This document shows, in pieces, positions 1-12,755 of a stretch of 64,000 nt of DNA (the stretch's first letter is position 1; each line of letters begins with the position of its first letter). The translations under genes were made by a program, and so were the position numbers. The DNA is from Antedon mediterranea (Eukaryota > Animalia > Echinodermata): assembly GCF_964355755.1 (NCBI RefSeq), contig NC_092670.1:30120388-30184387 (forward strand), in the 5' to 3' direction. Under the pieces are notes generated by a model that saw nothing but the letters and a program-made list of their open reading frames with translations, made no database searches and was not told the origin of the DNA.

Positions 1-680
1 AATATTCTGTTCCAAAAATGAAATTCATGGATATTTTTTATGGTATGTGTGCTTTTTCTTTAAAAAATTCGAATAATAAAGGCCTCATATCGAGAAAAAA
101 ACGGGTTTTTGGCACTTATAATAAATATATCTTACGAGAAAAAAAGCACATGGCATGTGGAACTATATAATCTTAGCGTAGGAAGACATACAAATCCCTG
201 GTCATGAGAGGCTCAACTGCAAAAACAAGGTTGAATAGGGTAAGGTCACCGGACCGTTCTTCAAAGACTTTTGAGTAAACAATCTAGCGCGTACGGCCGT
301 ACGTACGTGCTAGATGATAAGATATTTTGACCACATTTTTTACGTGTTTGGTTAGATGTAATGAAAATAAAAAATAGTTGATCTGAACATGGAGGTACCT
401 CCATCATCTGAAGGGAATGATATGATATGTAAATAAACAAACACTCAAAAGAATTATGTTTACAGTTCAATTATTGTCAGAATAATAGTTTATTCTTATT
501 TGCCTAACTTTATTTTTTCCCGGCACCTTTTTTGCCGACGGACGCGATGATGTGGGGGGTTGGTTGGTTGGTTGGGGGGGGGGGGGGGGCGGGCCCCCCG
601 GCTCCCCCAATGGATACGCCACTGACACTAACCATAGTCTAGGGTTTGAACTATTGTTTTATTTATTATTTATTTTTTAG

Positions 681-3600
681 TGATTTGAGCTGGAACTATC
701 TAACAGCATTGGGCGACTGGCAACTACCTTCAGTTAAAAAAATAATAATAAACAAAAATAGTATTCAACGCATCTCAAAAACAGTCTTCGCCAATATATC
801 ATCCCTAGAAATGTTGTAAGTATAAATTAGTTGGAAAATATGTTTGGTGTCAATAGACGGTTAATAAATTAAGATTAAAAGAGGTAACATTAATTTAATT
901 TGTAAATAGATAACAAAAGGAACGATGGTACTTTGGTTGTCTATGTTTTCTAACATGAAAATCAATGACAATAATTTTTCTTTAATAAGACATAGGCCTA
1001 TCATTTTTGGTAGACTTAAGAATGATCACATTCAGATTATTAAATTCTAAATTTCCAATTTCTTTTTACTATGCAGCAAATATTGAAGATGCATTTGTTA
1101 TGTTAAAGTTGAAGTCATATTTTAGATAATTTTAGGAAATTTATAATCTATATTATATTATTCATTTTTTTACAGATGCGGATATTAGTGATTCATTTAT
1201 TTTCTTCCTCATTTTAAAGTTCAAAACACTATTTTATTATTTTTGTCTTATTTATACATATTAGCTTAGATTTATAAAACCAGAGGACGCACACGCATCG
1301 CTCGTTCATTTGATTTAGATCGGGCGCCCGTAGAATGTATTTATGTGAAAAGCCACAACAGGTTTGATGGGATATGATTATGTATATATATGGCTTCAAT
1401 AAGATTCAATAATCAATATTGCTGCCAGCTCGTATCCTGTAAATTTTCCCTGGGACACCAAATAAGGAGGGATAAAAAAATTGATTTAATCATGTGAAAA
1501 GCCACACGGATAAAAGTTGTTAGACATTGTCCGCATATGTGTATAGAATGTTAAAACAGCAATGACAGCAACTTTATCCTGAAAGTTGCCCGAAACAGTA
1601 GCCCAAAGTGACCACTCAACAAAAATGGTGTTATTCATGTCAATAGCCACACGGCTAATTCTTTTTGCATTGTAACTGTTACACATTACATTGTTGGGGT
1701 GCACAAAAATACCATTGACAGCAACTTTATCCTGTAAGTTGACACAAGACACTCTCTTCTTTGTCTGAGGATGGTCTTATACCCATTTCTTTGTCTGTGG
1801 ATGGGCTTATACCTCTTTATTTGTCTGTGGATGGTCTTACACCCCCTTCTTTGTCTGTGGATGGGCTTATACCCCCTTCTTTGTCTGCGGATGGTCTTAC
1901 ACCCCCTTCTTTGTCTGTGGATGGTCTTACACCTCCTTCTTTGTCTGTGGATGGTCCACCATAAGTTAAATATTTAATCAATGGACCCACTACTTTGATT
2001 TATTAAATCAGACATTGTTCTTGTATGATTAGAAGACTAAGACCTTCAAAGTGAAAGTCCACATGTGGATGCATAAAATGTTTTTGTATAGAACAGTATA
2101 TTGTAGGTCCATGTCACTCATTTGAGGATTACTCGAATAATTACTTATTGAGATGTCTTTTACGAATTGATTTGGTTTGGATTTTGCTGAAAATCAATGA
2201 TTAGAGAAAATCGAGGAAAAGGATTCTGATGAAAGGTTTACAGCAAGGGCCCATTACCATAAAAATGGAGTACAATTTGTTAGATGCAACAAAAATTAAC
2301 AAGAATTATCTGAGTTTCTGACAAACTGTAGTAAGGACTTTGAAAGACGGTGTTTTTTCAACTCATGAAAATGAGAACTTCCCGACATCAAAGAGGCCAA
2401 CGAAAGAATGTCACTTTACATAAAAAATATTTACAAATGGCATCTAATGATTGACACATTACAGTTTACAAAACAAGTCGGTATAGATGAGTCAAAATGT
2501 AAAAAGGTATATATACGAAAGAATCATTTATACACAGGCTAAGATGGGGACATAATAATAATAATAATAACAATAATAATAATAATATTTATAATAACAT
2601 ATGCAGAAGCATTTACAAGATGGGGATAGAAAGGGAAAGTTGATGGCAATGGATTTGTTCCCCACTGATCATCTTCCAGAAGTGTCGAAAGAATGTTGAG
2701 ACCTGCAAAAGTTTGGATGGAAGATGTATGCATAAAGCCTAACTGTTCTGTACATCACTAGTTCCTATGTGGATGTATCCTGATTGTAAGAACTGAGATT
2801 ACTGTTTCTCAGTGATCTGTAATACTTTACGCCTATCCTATCACATCAAAAGTCCAAAATTCAAAATAATAATTCCTGGTCATTTTTGCATGAAGTGTCA
2901 TTTATTTCGGTTAAAGAAATTAGGTGCATTTATACCAGTGTAAACCAGACACAGTATGTTCACATAATTATATAGGTACGTTATACAAGTTATATCTGGT
3001 CATAAATTGTATTTCCCGTCATTTTATGTGAAAATGTTTTATTACTACAAATATAAATGTCTCTATTCTGAAATCGATTGAAAATGATCAGTAGTTATTG
3101 AGAAATACAAATAGGTGGTCAAATGTAAAACTGGAAGAAACGTCATTTCCGGTCATTTTTTTTTACAAAGCTTTTCATTAGAACAAAGAGAAATATGTAG
3201 TTTGTAAATAATTTAAAACCAGAATCAAGTCTCTACTGTTTATAGTTGCCAAGACACTTTTTGTTTTTATGGTGGCCATTTTGAAATCAAACCCGCCATA
3301 CCGGACGTTGGACACTTGGCACCCCCCGATATTTTGAATCTATATACATCAAAGAAACTTTGTGGCAAGTTTCATGCTTTGGTAATAAAATGCACAACTT
3401 GGATAGCTATTTTTATGGCGTTAACTGCTCTACTAACTGTTTCGGGCAACTTACAGGATAAAGTTGCTGCCATTGCTTTTTTAACATTCTATACACATAT
3501 GCGGACAATGTCCAACAACTTTTATCCGTGTGGCTTTTCACATGATTAAATCCATTTTTTACCCCTCCTATTTGCTGTCCCCAGGGAAAATGTTTACAGG

Positions 3601-6600
3601 ATATGACCCGGTAACAATATTGGTTATTATTAGCCATATATCTACATAATCAGCCCATAATACCTTTTGTGGCTTTTCACATGAATAAATTCTCTGAGTG
3701 CCCGGTCTAATTACTTTTTCTGTTAATTATATACGGTTTTCCAGCAAAATATTTTGATTTATGAATACATTTTGATTGACTTGATTATTGATTTTTCTAC
3801 GATTAAAACAAGCAATATTCAATAGTAATGTTGGCTCCAACAGCAAATTACTGTCTATAGAGCACCAATTTAGAGGTAAAATACGGACGTAAGTTGAATG
3901 TTACCACCTGACAAATTTCGATTGAACATTTCTAATGTTGCCGTTCTAACAGACAAACAATGTTATGGAACAATGTTACTATTACAATTGTACAATAAAT
4001 TGATCATATACCATTCACGGAAGATAAAATAGGATAAATAGAATATGACATTGAAGACAGTTAATTATTTTAATGCATTTTACATGACTCTCTTAGAATA
4101 AATAATAATAATGATGATGATGATGATGATGATGATGAAGATGATGAAGATGATGATGATGATGATGATGATACATTTTAAGCAAATGGCAATGCAATTC
4201 TCATAAAATAATATATTATAAAGAAAATACTGTAAGCGTTACCTTTAAATGTTGGCTTAGCATTTAGGCCTAGCCTAGCTAAGCACACTTGATTCAAGAC
4301 TTAGAGTGTGTGCCTTGATCGCAATTAGTGGGCCTAGGCTACCTATAGGCTAGATGGGTACTGGTGAACTCGTATTCAAACTAACTCGTAGGTCTACCCA
4401 TGCAAACTCGTACCCAACTTAGCTAATTCGTACCTCAATTAACTCGTATCCACACCAACTTGTACCTAATCATTTTAAACTTTTTATGCCAGCACCATTA
4501 GTTTCGACTAAGATTTGCCTGTATAACAAGTTAGACTGATGTGAATTACGACAGATTTGTAAAAAAAATTGCTAGACTTAGGCCTACTCGCTATGACTAA
4601 GCCTTACTACTCTATGAGCCTAGCTAGTGTTAGGCATATTGGCTTAGTCCAAATGCTAAGCTGAAAGTTTAACGGTAAGGTGTACTGTATTTTTCTTTAT
4701 GATTTTTATTTATGTATCAATACGTATTCACATCGACCTAAGAAATACTGTATATATTGTTTCAGAATGCTTATAGGCAACAATATTACTTTTATCGAAG
4801 AAGGGGCATTTAGTGGAACTAATCTTCGTTTACTGTAAGTCAGTTGTATACATCATTTTCTGAGCTATGTATTGTGCTATTATAGAACTACGTTAGGACA
4901 ACGTTATCGTGTTTATTGTTGACATATATTACTTTTATCATGTAAATTGGTTTTCCAAAGTCAAAACAGAAACACTAGTTACATTTGTTTCCCTTCATTT
5001 TTTTTTAGATTTCTTTATGGGAATGGAATTACAAACATTTCATATGAGACATTCAAAACGAATGGCACAACGCTGGAATACGTGTAAGATTGTGTACTAC
5101 TGTACTAATGTAAAACAATAACGAACCGTTTGTTGAAGTTTAATATATAGCATACATAACATAACGTTTGTGTATTTTTTTACTAATTGATATTTATATA
5201 TATAAAAAACGGATAAAACGGTTTTATTTCCATTATTTTTAGATATTTATTTAACAATAAGTTAAACAAGATCGGAGAAAATGCGTTGTCACAAATGGTC
5301 GAAAATGGAACAATGTACGTTGACCGGAATGTTTTTTATTTATTTAGAAATTATGATAATATCATTCTTATTATATTTGGAAAAATAGTCATCTTTGTCA
5401 TATAGATGAGTGGAAATAGATGAAAAATAGGCGCTGAGTCAAACAAATTGCAACAGTTTGTTTTTTTGCTGAAATATGCTCAACTATATGTAGATATTAT
5501 CATATCCAAAATCTACCCTGATCTGCCCATTATAAATTACCTAATTTGCATAAAATCAAAATGGCTGCCATTTTACAACTTTGATCCCAATTATCTCTTA
5601 AACCATAAAGAATTTGGTATAAGAATGTATTGAACACAAATATAAACATGACCCCAAAGATTCAGAGTAATATATTTGATTTGTCTTTGGGGTCAAGGTC
5701 AAAGGTCATTCCAGTTTGACATCTAAATTATGCAAATTATCTCTTAATCCATTAGGTATTTTGAATAAGAATGTTTAAGTACAAATATAAACATGACCCT
5801 TAAGATTCAGAATAGCACATTTGATTTTTCATCTTACCCTGGGGTCACTGGGTCAAATGTCACAATATAAAAAAATTCAAATTATCCTTTAAATCAATTT
5901 CCATAGTAGTCTTACTACTACTAAAAACATAGCATATACAGTACAGACATTGCAGCAGATTGATGTCTGCACACTGCGCCCACACCCCTCCCACCCAGAG
6001 ATTACTAGGTCAATTTAAAAAAAAAATAGTTTATTTATAAATATTATAACTACTAAATGTACATAGTATCAGTAGGTAATTTACTTTATACCATACAGTA
6101 TAGCTTATTTTGACATTTACTTTTACATTTAGGCATACCTACTTTAGTAGACCTACAAAGCTTATAAGCTTACATTTCTGAAACATTGGTCACAAAAATG
6201 TCTAAATAATTCTTGGGTCGGACTCGATCGTCAATGGAGTTACTTTTTAAGATGTTTTTGCCATATTCTGGACAATTCTCGCTTCACTGAGAATTAATTA
6301 GTAAAATTACGTCAGAGTAGACCAATAAACTTAGCTTTCTGATAATTAGTAATTTAAATTAGGCCTATCATCTATCATTTTTTTTAAAATCAAATTATCT
6401 ACAATTAAACTAAGCAACAACAGTTGCAAAGAACTAGTTTTGTTAATGTATACTTTAGTAAGTATCACAATGACTTACTGTCTTACTGTATTCATTACAT
6501 TCTCGATTGAAGCATCATTTTGCTAATAAAAGTATTAATAAATACTGTTACTTAATCCTAATATATACTGATACTTTAAAATGTTTGTGTTTAGATAAAT

Positions 6601-9600
6601 TTTAACATACAGTACACTAATGGTATTTAAATATGAATACAAACTACACTTGTTTTTAATGGCTGGATTTTTTTAAATTTTCATCCATCTCAAACTTAAA
6701 AATTTAGGGTGTTACGAAAGATTCTAATTTTTTTTTAATGTATCTTTATATTTGTGTCATTTGAGAGCAGAGGACTCGTTCTTATACTAAAGTAAACTAT
6801 AGACACTTGTTCTAAAGATTTTTAGTTCACATAGTCTCTGTATTCTTAATACACAGAATATGTCATCTTTCACTTCTGCACCCACTTTGGTTAGTACAAC
6901 TTAACTTTTTCCAATGTTAGGGTCAGGTTTTACTGTTTGAACCACATGACCTCCATTTTCACAGTTACAAATTTTGTAAGGGTAAAGGTGTTTCCAAACT
7001 TTCCCATAATTTCAGTTTAAACACTTCACACAACCAGACAGGATTGACAGTTTTTGTGTGACATATTTTAGCATAGTGTTCTATAATCTAAAAAAAAAAC
7101 CAAATATAATAAATGTAATTCCTTACAATTAAAACACCTTTCCTAATAGTCTGATCCCTGAAGTTAACTCAAATGAGCTTTTCAAAATAAATATGAGTTG
7201 TTCATAAGTACATCATCCAAATTGAAATTAATTCACTTCATAATTAGAGTATTTTATATTGTAAGATAATGACATTTTATCTTGACCCAATACAAATCAA
7301 ATGCAAATCATAAGAACATATTATGTATATTTCTATTAAATACATTCTTGTTCAAAATACCTGATGTTTTGAGAGATAATTAGCATATTTTATATGGCAT
7401 AATTAGATGACATTTGATTTTGACCCCATACAACTCAATTGCATCTTTCTAAATACATAGGGTCATATTTATATTAAATACATTCTTGTTAAAAATACCT
7501 GATGTTTTGAGAGATAATTAGCATATTTTATATGGCATAATTAGATGACATTTGACTTTGACCCCATATACAACTCAATTGCATCATTCTGAATATTTAG
7601 GGTCATATTTATATTAAATACATTCTTGTTAAAAATACCTGATGTTTTGAGAGTTATTTTCGAATTTTATATAGTGTAATTAGATAACCTTTTGAACCTT
7701 GAACCCTAATACAACTCAATTACTGTACATTATTCTAAACCGTTAGGGTCATGTTTAGGCCTATATTTGTACTATAGTTAAACATTCTTATTCAAAATAC
7801 CTAATGGATTAAGAGATAATTAGCATATTTTAGAGGCCATACTGGAATGACCTTTGACCTTGACCCCAAAGACAAATCAAATACATTATTTTAAATCTTT
7901 AGGGTAACATTTATATTTGTACTTATACATTCTTATTCAAAATACCTAATGGATTAAGAGATAATTAGCATATTTTAGATGTCAAACTGGAATGACCTTT
8001 GACCTTGACCCCAAAGACAAATCAAATATATTATTCTGAATCTTTGGGGTCATGTTTATATTTGTGTTCAATACATTCTTATACCAAATTCTTTATGGTT
8101 TAAGAGATAATTGGGATCAAAGTTGTAAAATGGCAGCCATTTTGATTTTATGCAAATTAGGTAATTTATAATGGGAAAATCAGGGTAGATTTTGGATATG
8201 ATAATATCTACATATAGTTGAGCATGTTTCAGCAAAAAAACAAACTGTTGCAATTTGTTTGACTGAAAAGTCTAATTCCACTCATCTAATATGTTCCAAT
8301 CAATATTTTACAATTTGCCAACCATGTGTTATTTATACTTAACTGCAATTCACTTATTCTTGTCTGTATTCAGATATCTTAACTGTGGTGGACTCAGGTC
8401 AATTCCTACATACATTGGAAAACCCGTTAAAACGTAAATAGTTGAAATACACATTTCATAATGACAATATAATATATTAGGTTACGTAGCCTAACAGCAC
8501 AAAGAGGGTTTCATTTTTGCAAAATTGGTGAACTGTTTTTACCAGCAATGATTTTCGATCTGATCTATTAATACATAATTCATCTTTTAACGTTAAGTAA
8601 AAGAACAGAATGTATGTAGCTCTTAACTGTATTATTTTCTAGTGTTTGTGTTACAGAAGATACAGAAATCGATATAAGCATTGGAGGGGAGTTATTAAAG
8701 TTCATTGGTAGAGGAACTGGATTATCATGTAATGTGAAAACCGACAAATGCAGTCCGTGCAAGGAAGGGACATACAAGATATGTAATGAACACAATGGTA
8801 TCTGTCTAAAGTGCCCTCCAGGTAATGTATGAACGAGATTAGGGTTTCTAGAAAACTCAGATCTAGAAAACTTAGATCTCAGATATATCTGAGTTTTCTA
8901 GATCTAGAAAACTCAGATATCTGACTTTTCTAGATCTAGAAAACTAAGATATCTGACTTTTCTAGATCTAGAAAGCTCTTATATCAATATCTGAGTTTTC
9001 TAGTTCCAGAATGGAACTAGACAACTCAGATCATCAAATGATTGGTTGGTAGGTCATTTGGATCATTCTATTATTAATCTGAAGGTCATTTGAAATACTA
9101 GAGTATTATTAAAACTGATTACTGTGTACGATTTTTTATTAATATTGTAACATGTAGAAGCGGCCTACGGCTTAAATTATAAAGAAAATACAGTGCAAGT
9201 TACCGTTAAAATGTAACCTTAAATATTAAGTATGTACGAGTTGGTTGAGATACAAGTTAACCAAGTTGGGAATAGGTACGAGTTATTTTGGGTACCAGTT
9301 AACAACGTCTAGCCTAGTAGGGTCAAGCCTACTCTTCGTGATACATCGCGATAGCGCCCAAACGTTGAGCCTTGAATTGAGTTTGCTTAGCTAGGCTAGG
9401 CCTAAATGCTAAGCCTACATTTTAAAAGGTGTATACTATATTTCTTTATGATTTAAGTCGTAAGCAGCTACTACAAGTTACATAGTACAAGTATAGTATT
9501 TCAAACAAGCTACCCTCTGATTAATAATGGAACGATCCATTTGATGATCTGGGGTTTCTAGTTCCATTTTGGAACTAGAAAACTCAGATCTTGATATCTG

Positions 9601-11873
9601 AGTTTTCTAGATCTAGAAAACTCAGATATATCTGAGATCTGAGTTTTCTACACACCCTGGAGATTATCATTATTTAATACTTTTCCGATAATTATTTTGT
9701 ATTTATATTACGTTATTCTGCTAAACATTACGTCTTTACCACAATGTTACAAGTATAATTTTTGAATGCTATCACATTAATCATTGCATTTTTAGTGAAA
9801 ATTATGTTTTGCAATGATCATCTACAGGCTAATAATAATATGAATATGATTAGTATTAATTAATTATAACTATAGAATTATCAACAGTGGCTGTTATTTC
9901 TGGATTAATACTTCTTTTCAGGTGGCTTCTATCAAGATAGAAGAGGAGTTATTGAGAGGAACAATTATACAGAAACCTGCAAACAATGTCCTATTGGAAG
10001 TTTCTCTAATCATGCAGGAGCAGCGTCCGTTGCCGATTGCCAGACGTGTCCATCTGGAACCAATACCAGTACATTTGCTAATCTAAACGCTTGTTATTGC
10101 CTTGATAATTTTCATAGAACTGATCGTTTTGGCCGATGCTTTCCATGCCCGGAGGGTGTTACCTGTAACGGAGGGTATCAAAATCTAACAAGGGGTTACT
10201 GGTGGTCGTGGGATTTTTCTGTTGATTGTAATGTAGTTGAAGATAAAAGCAGAAGCTCTTGTTTAATGGCGTACACCAAATTTATAAACAATTTACAAAA
10301 TGACAATTTTCCCGTTGAAAATCCAAGCATACTAAAAGATGATGTATACACAGGTCCGTTACCACAAGTACATATGTGTCCACTAGGAGAAAAGAGTTGT
10401 GCTGTTGGATTGAAATTAAATGAAACCTGTGCCGAAGGATACACTGGTTGGCTTTGTGCTGCATGTTCAAACGGGCATTATGAGCTATTTAACACATGTC
10501 ATAAATGTCAAGGACCAGTTGTGACTGTAGTTATATTTCTCAGTATTTCCTTGGCAATAGTTGGATTGATTGTCTTTATATGGAGAATGCAGAAAAGATA
10601 TGCAGATAATCAAAATTTTAAAATAGATTCATTTGTAACGTATATAAAAATAGCTATTAATTTTTATCAGGTTTTAGGAATACTATCAGAAGTAACAGAA
10701 ATTCATTGGCATACTAATTTTGAGTATGTTGGCCAAATCCTTCAGTACTTCGACGTCATAAGGTACATTAGTATGTTAAGTCCAAGATGTTTACATGAAT
10801 CTTGGAATGCGTACTCGTCACTTCTCTTTGCTATGGCTACACCACTTGTCATAGTGGTAATTATGTCTACCATTTACGTTACTCTGTACATCTGGAACAA
10901 GTTTCATGACGTAGTAATGGGGAGCCACGTGCGCGACAAATGTATCGTTATGTCGATGTTGCTTCTTTACCTTACATATGCAAACACATGTGCAGATATT
11001 ATGGCGGTGGGACCATGGTCTATTCGTGTATTCGACGTTACATCAAATGGTACAGTAAAAAAATCAGTACTAACATCAGACTACTCAATTGATCTGGATG
11101 AAAATGGTGGATCCACATATCAAATTAACAAAACACTTGTCTACGTTGGGTTATCATACATCGTTGGTTTTCCATTGGTCATAGTTCTTATGTTATACTA
11201 TTATCATGTACGTTGTTATCAGCATAACGAAACCCACGTCAACGGATGGATGATTGGTGTGCAGTTCTTTTGTGGACAATATAAACATACATTTTGGTTT
11301 TGGGAATCATTTGAGCTGTACAACAAGGCTATGTTGGCATTAATTGCAAACTTAAGAGATGACGTATCTTCAAGCCTATCTTACTCTCTCTTTTTCACTG
11401 TAATCTTTATTGTATTACATTTATATCTGGAACCAATGAAAGTGAAATCTGAACACAGGTTTCAACAGTTGACACTTACCTTCATCGTTGTCAATTTATC
11501 CATTGGTGCGATTGTAAACTTGGACCAGAGGGGTAATGGAGATAACGTCATCGAATTACTTCACAAGATTACTCCAATCATTCTACTCATGCTGAATGTG
11601 TCTATCATGCTTGTCGTAATTGGTAAGATATTTTATAATAAGTAAGTAAGCAAAGTTACTTTGATAGTTAGGATTTTGTCAGCTAAAACTGTTGTGTTAC
11701 GTAGGGACGAAGGGTCAAATCTTTGATTAAAATAGTTTTTTTTAGTAATGAAAATGTTTTTATTTTTAGTTGATTTTGTGAAGAAAATTAAAACGGAATG
11801 TTTCAGCCATGATGAACCAGTAAGACTCCTTCAAATCAGTAGTGATTATCCAGAAGAAGACGCAGATTGGTGA
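681..11873 (+). CDS. LRR / Cys-rich / multi-TM receptor-like protein, paralog 1 (5'-partial; last 8 coding exons)
   Basis: GT-AG exons 681-815, 4766-4834, 5009-5083, 5243-5314, 8374-8433, 8643-8821, 9922-11622 and 11770-11873 join in frame without stops. LRR motifs ([45 protein letters not shown]) are followed by Cys-rich repeats ([34 protein letters not shown]), the hydrophobic ORF 10266-11645, and tail ...[20 protein letters not shown]. Exon sizes match paralog 2 except the last, which is 3 bp shorter. Confidence 0.88.
1745..1960. repeat. 30-bp minisatellite (~7 copies)
   Basis: Unit TTGTCTGTGGATGGTCTTACACCCCCTTCT in tandem. Confidence 0.95.
2140..3435 (+). mobile_element. Decayed Academ-like DNA transposon remnant (3' part)
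   Basis: Degenerate transposase C-terminus around 2600-2780 (..RWG..PEVSKEC..L.CT.L, Cys-cluster type). The terminal region resembles the element at 24443-25368 and ends ...CTCTACTA at 3435. The left boundary is approximate. Confidence 0.45.
4097..4172. repeat. (AAT)n(GAT)n microsatellite
   Basis: Direct reading. Confidence 0.95.
4200..4715. mobile_element. Non-autonomous TIR element (MITE), related to the inner part of 8842-9657
   Basis: Imperfect terminal inverted repeats (ATAAAGAAAATAC...CTTAGCATTTAGG vs CCAAATGCTAAG...GTATTTTTCTTTAT). Shares sequence with ~9175-9455. Confidence 0.6.
5403..8288. mobile_element. Academ-like non-autonomous DNA transposon with long TIRs
   Basis: Termini TAGATGAGTGGAA...TTCCACTCATCTA, ~400-bp TIRs, 3-bp TSD ATA on both sides, and ~120-bp subterminal tandem units (~7270-8070). 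The equivalent intron in paralog 2 is only 107 bp. Confidence 0.85.
8842..9657. mobile_element. Foldback / MULE-like element built of palindromic subrepeats
   Basis: Long imperfect TIRs GGGT..TAGAAAACTCAGATCT, with 9-bp flanks ACGAGATTA / TGGAGATTA (7/9 match). Absent from the equivalent paralog 2 intron. Confidence 0.75.
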
Positions 11874-12755
11874 AAATGTATTGTGTATCTCTATTATATA
11901 AAATCTGAAGTAAGCCGCTTAAAACATTCTTTCTTTCGAAAACACCTATATCCATTCTTGCATGGCAGTACGATAAACCTGCACCCGATTCTGGATTTGA
12001 TATTGAATACACAGTTTACGTTATACCATGTCTTCACATACGATCTAATGACAGCGATATCGTGTATTAAAAGTACTTAATACAGTCAGATAGGTCTCTG
12101 GTAGACTGTCGACAGTCTTCCACACTGAGTGTACTAACAGCCACAGAATCGGGTTGTTTCAACTTAATTACCGTTGCTTAAAGAGAAATAAATGTGTACA
12201 TTTCATGGTTTAGATATAGATCAATATCACCACTTTAACAAGATTCTAATGAAATCTTCTAAAAAAAGTATAATCTAACGACTGGATTAATTTCCTCTTT
12301 AAAATTAGAATGGAAAGTGTTCACTAGGCACGTGTAATATAGATCCAATTGATACGCATTCTTACTAATAACTCTCAACACAAATCTAGTAGATATTTGG
12401 CTGAAACATTGAGATATCCCAAGAGAAAGCGGGTCACTGTCATTATCATCTACTTCTTCTGTACAGTATTATTTAAGTAAATATCTTTTATTTAGATTTC
12501 ATTCCATTTTTGTTAATTTATAAACATAAAGCAGAATCTTAAAAACTAATCGGTGATGACAAATAAGTAACAAAAGACTGTATTATATTCGTAAATTGAT
12601 TTGATTAAATCTAGCTACTGAAAGTTGTTGTCTATTACTCTAATCCAAAATCTGATGAATAGTTATATTTTATCACAGTATTAGGGAATAACCTAAATTT
12701 TTAGAAAACATTTATCAATTCATTTTCCGATCCTTTAAATATGTTGAATCAAGAT

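Larger units (their letters stand above)
1315..3710. repeat. Inverted repeat pair (~290 bp arms, ~1315-1600 and ~3436-3710) within an intron
   Basis: The two arms are diverged reverse complements. ORFs 1486-1752(-) and 3316-3549(+) share nearly the same translated tail for this reason. Confidence 0.8.

Noticed and set aside
1761-1977. Repetitive ORFs (SLSVDGLTPP)n
   Set aside because: Artefact of the 30-bp minisatellite.
5448-8253. Twin 61-aa ORFs on opposite strands
   Set aside because: They lie in the two TIRs of one transposon and have non-ATG starts.
10266-11645. Treating the 459-aa ORFs as standalone single-exon GPCR genes, or as LGR/relaxin receptors or TLRs
   Set aside because: The frame is open upstream to a splice acceptor (9922 / 36139), the copy 2 'start' is TTG, and there are no rhodopsin motifs, LDLa or TIR domain.
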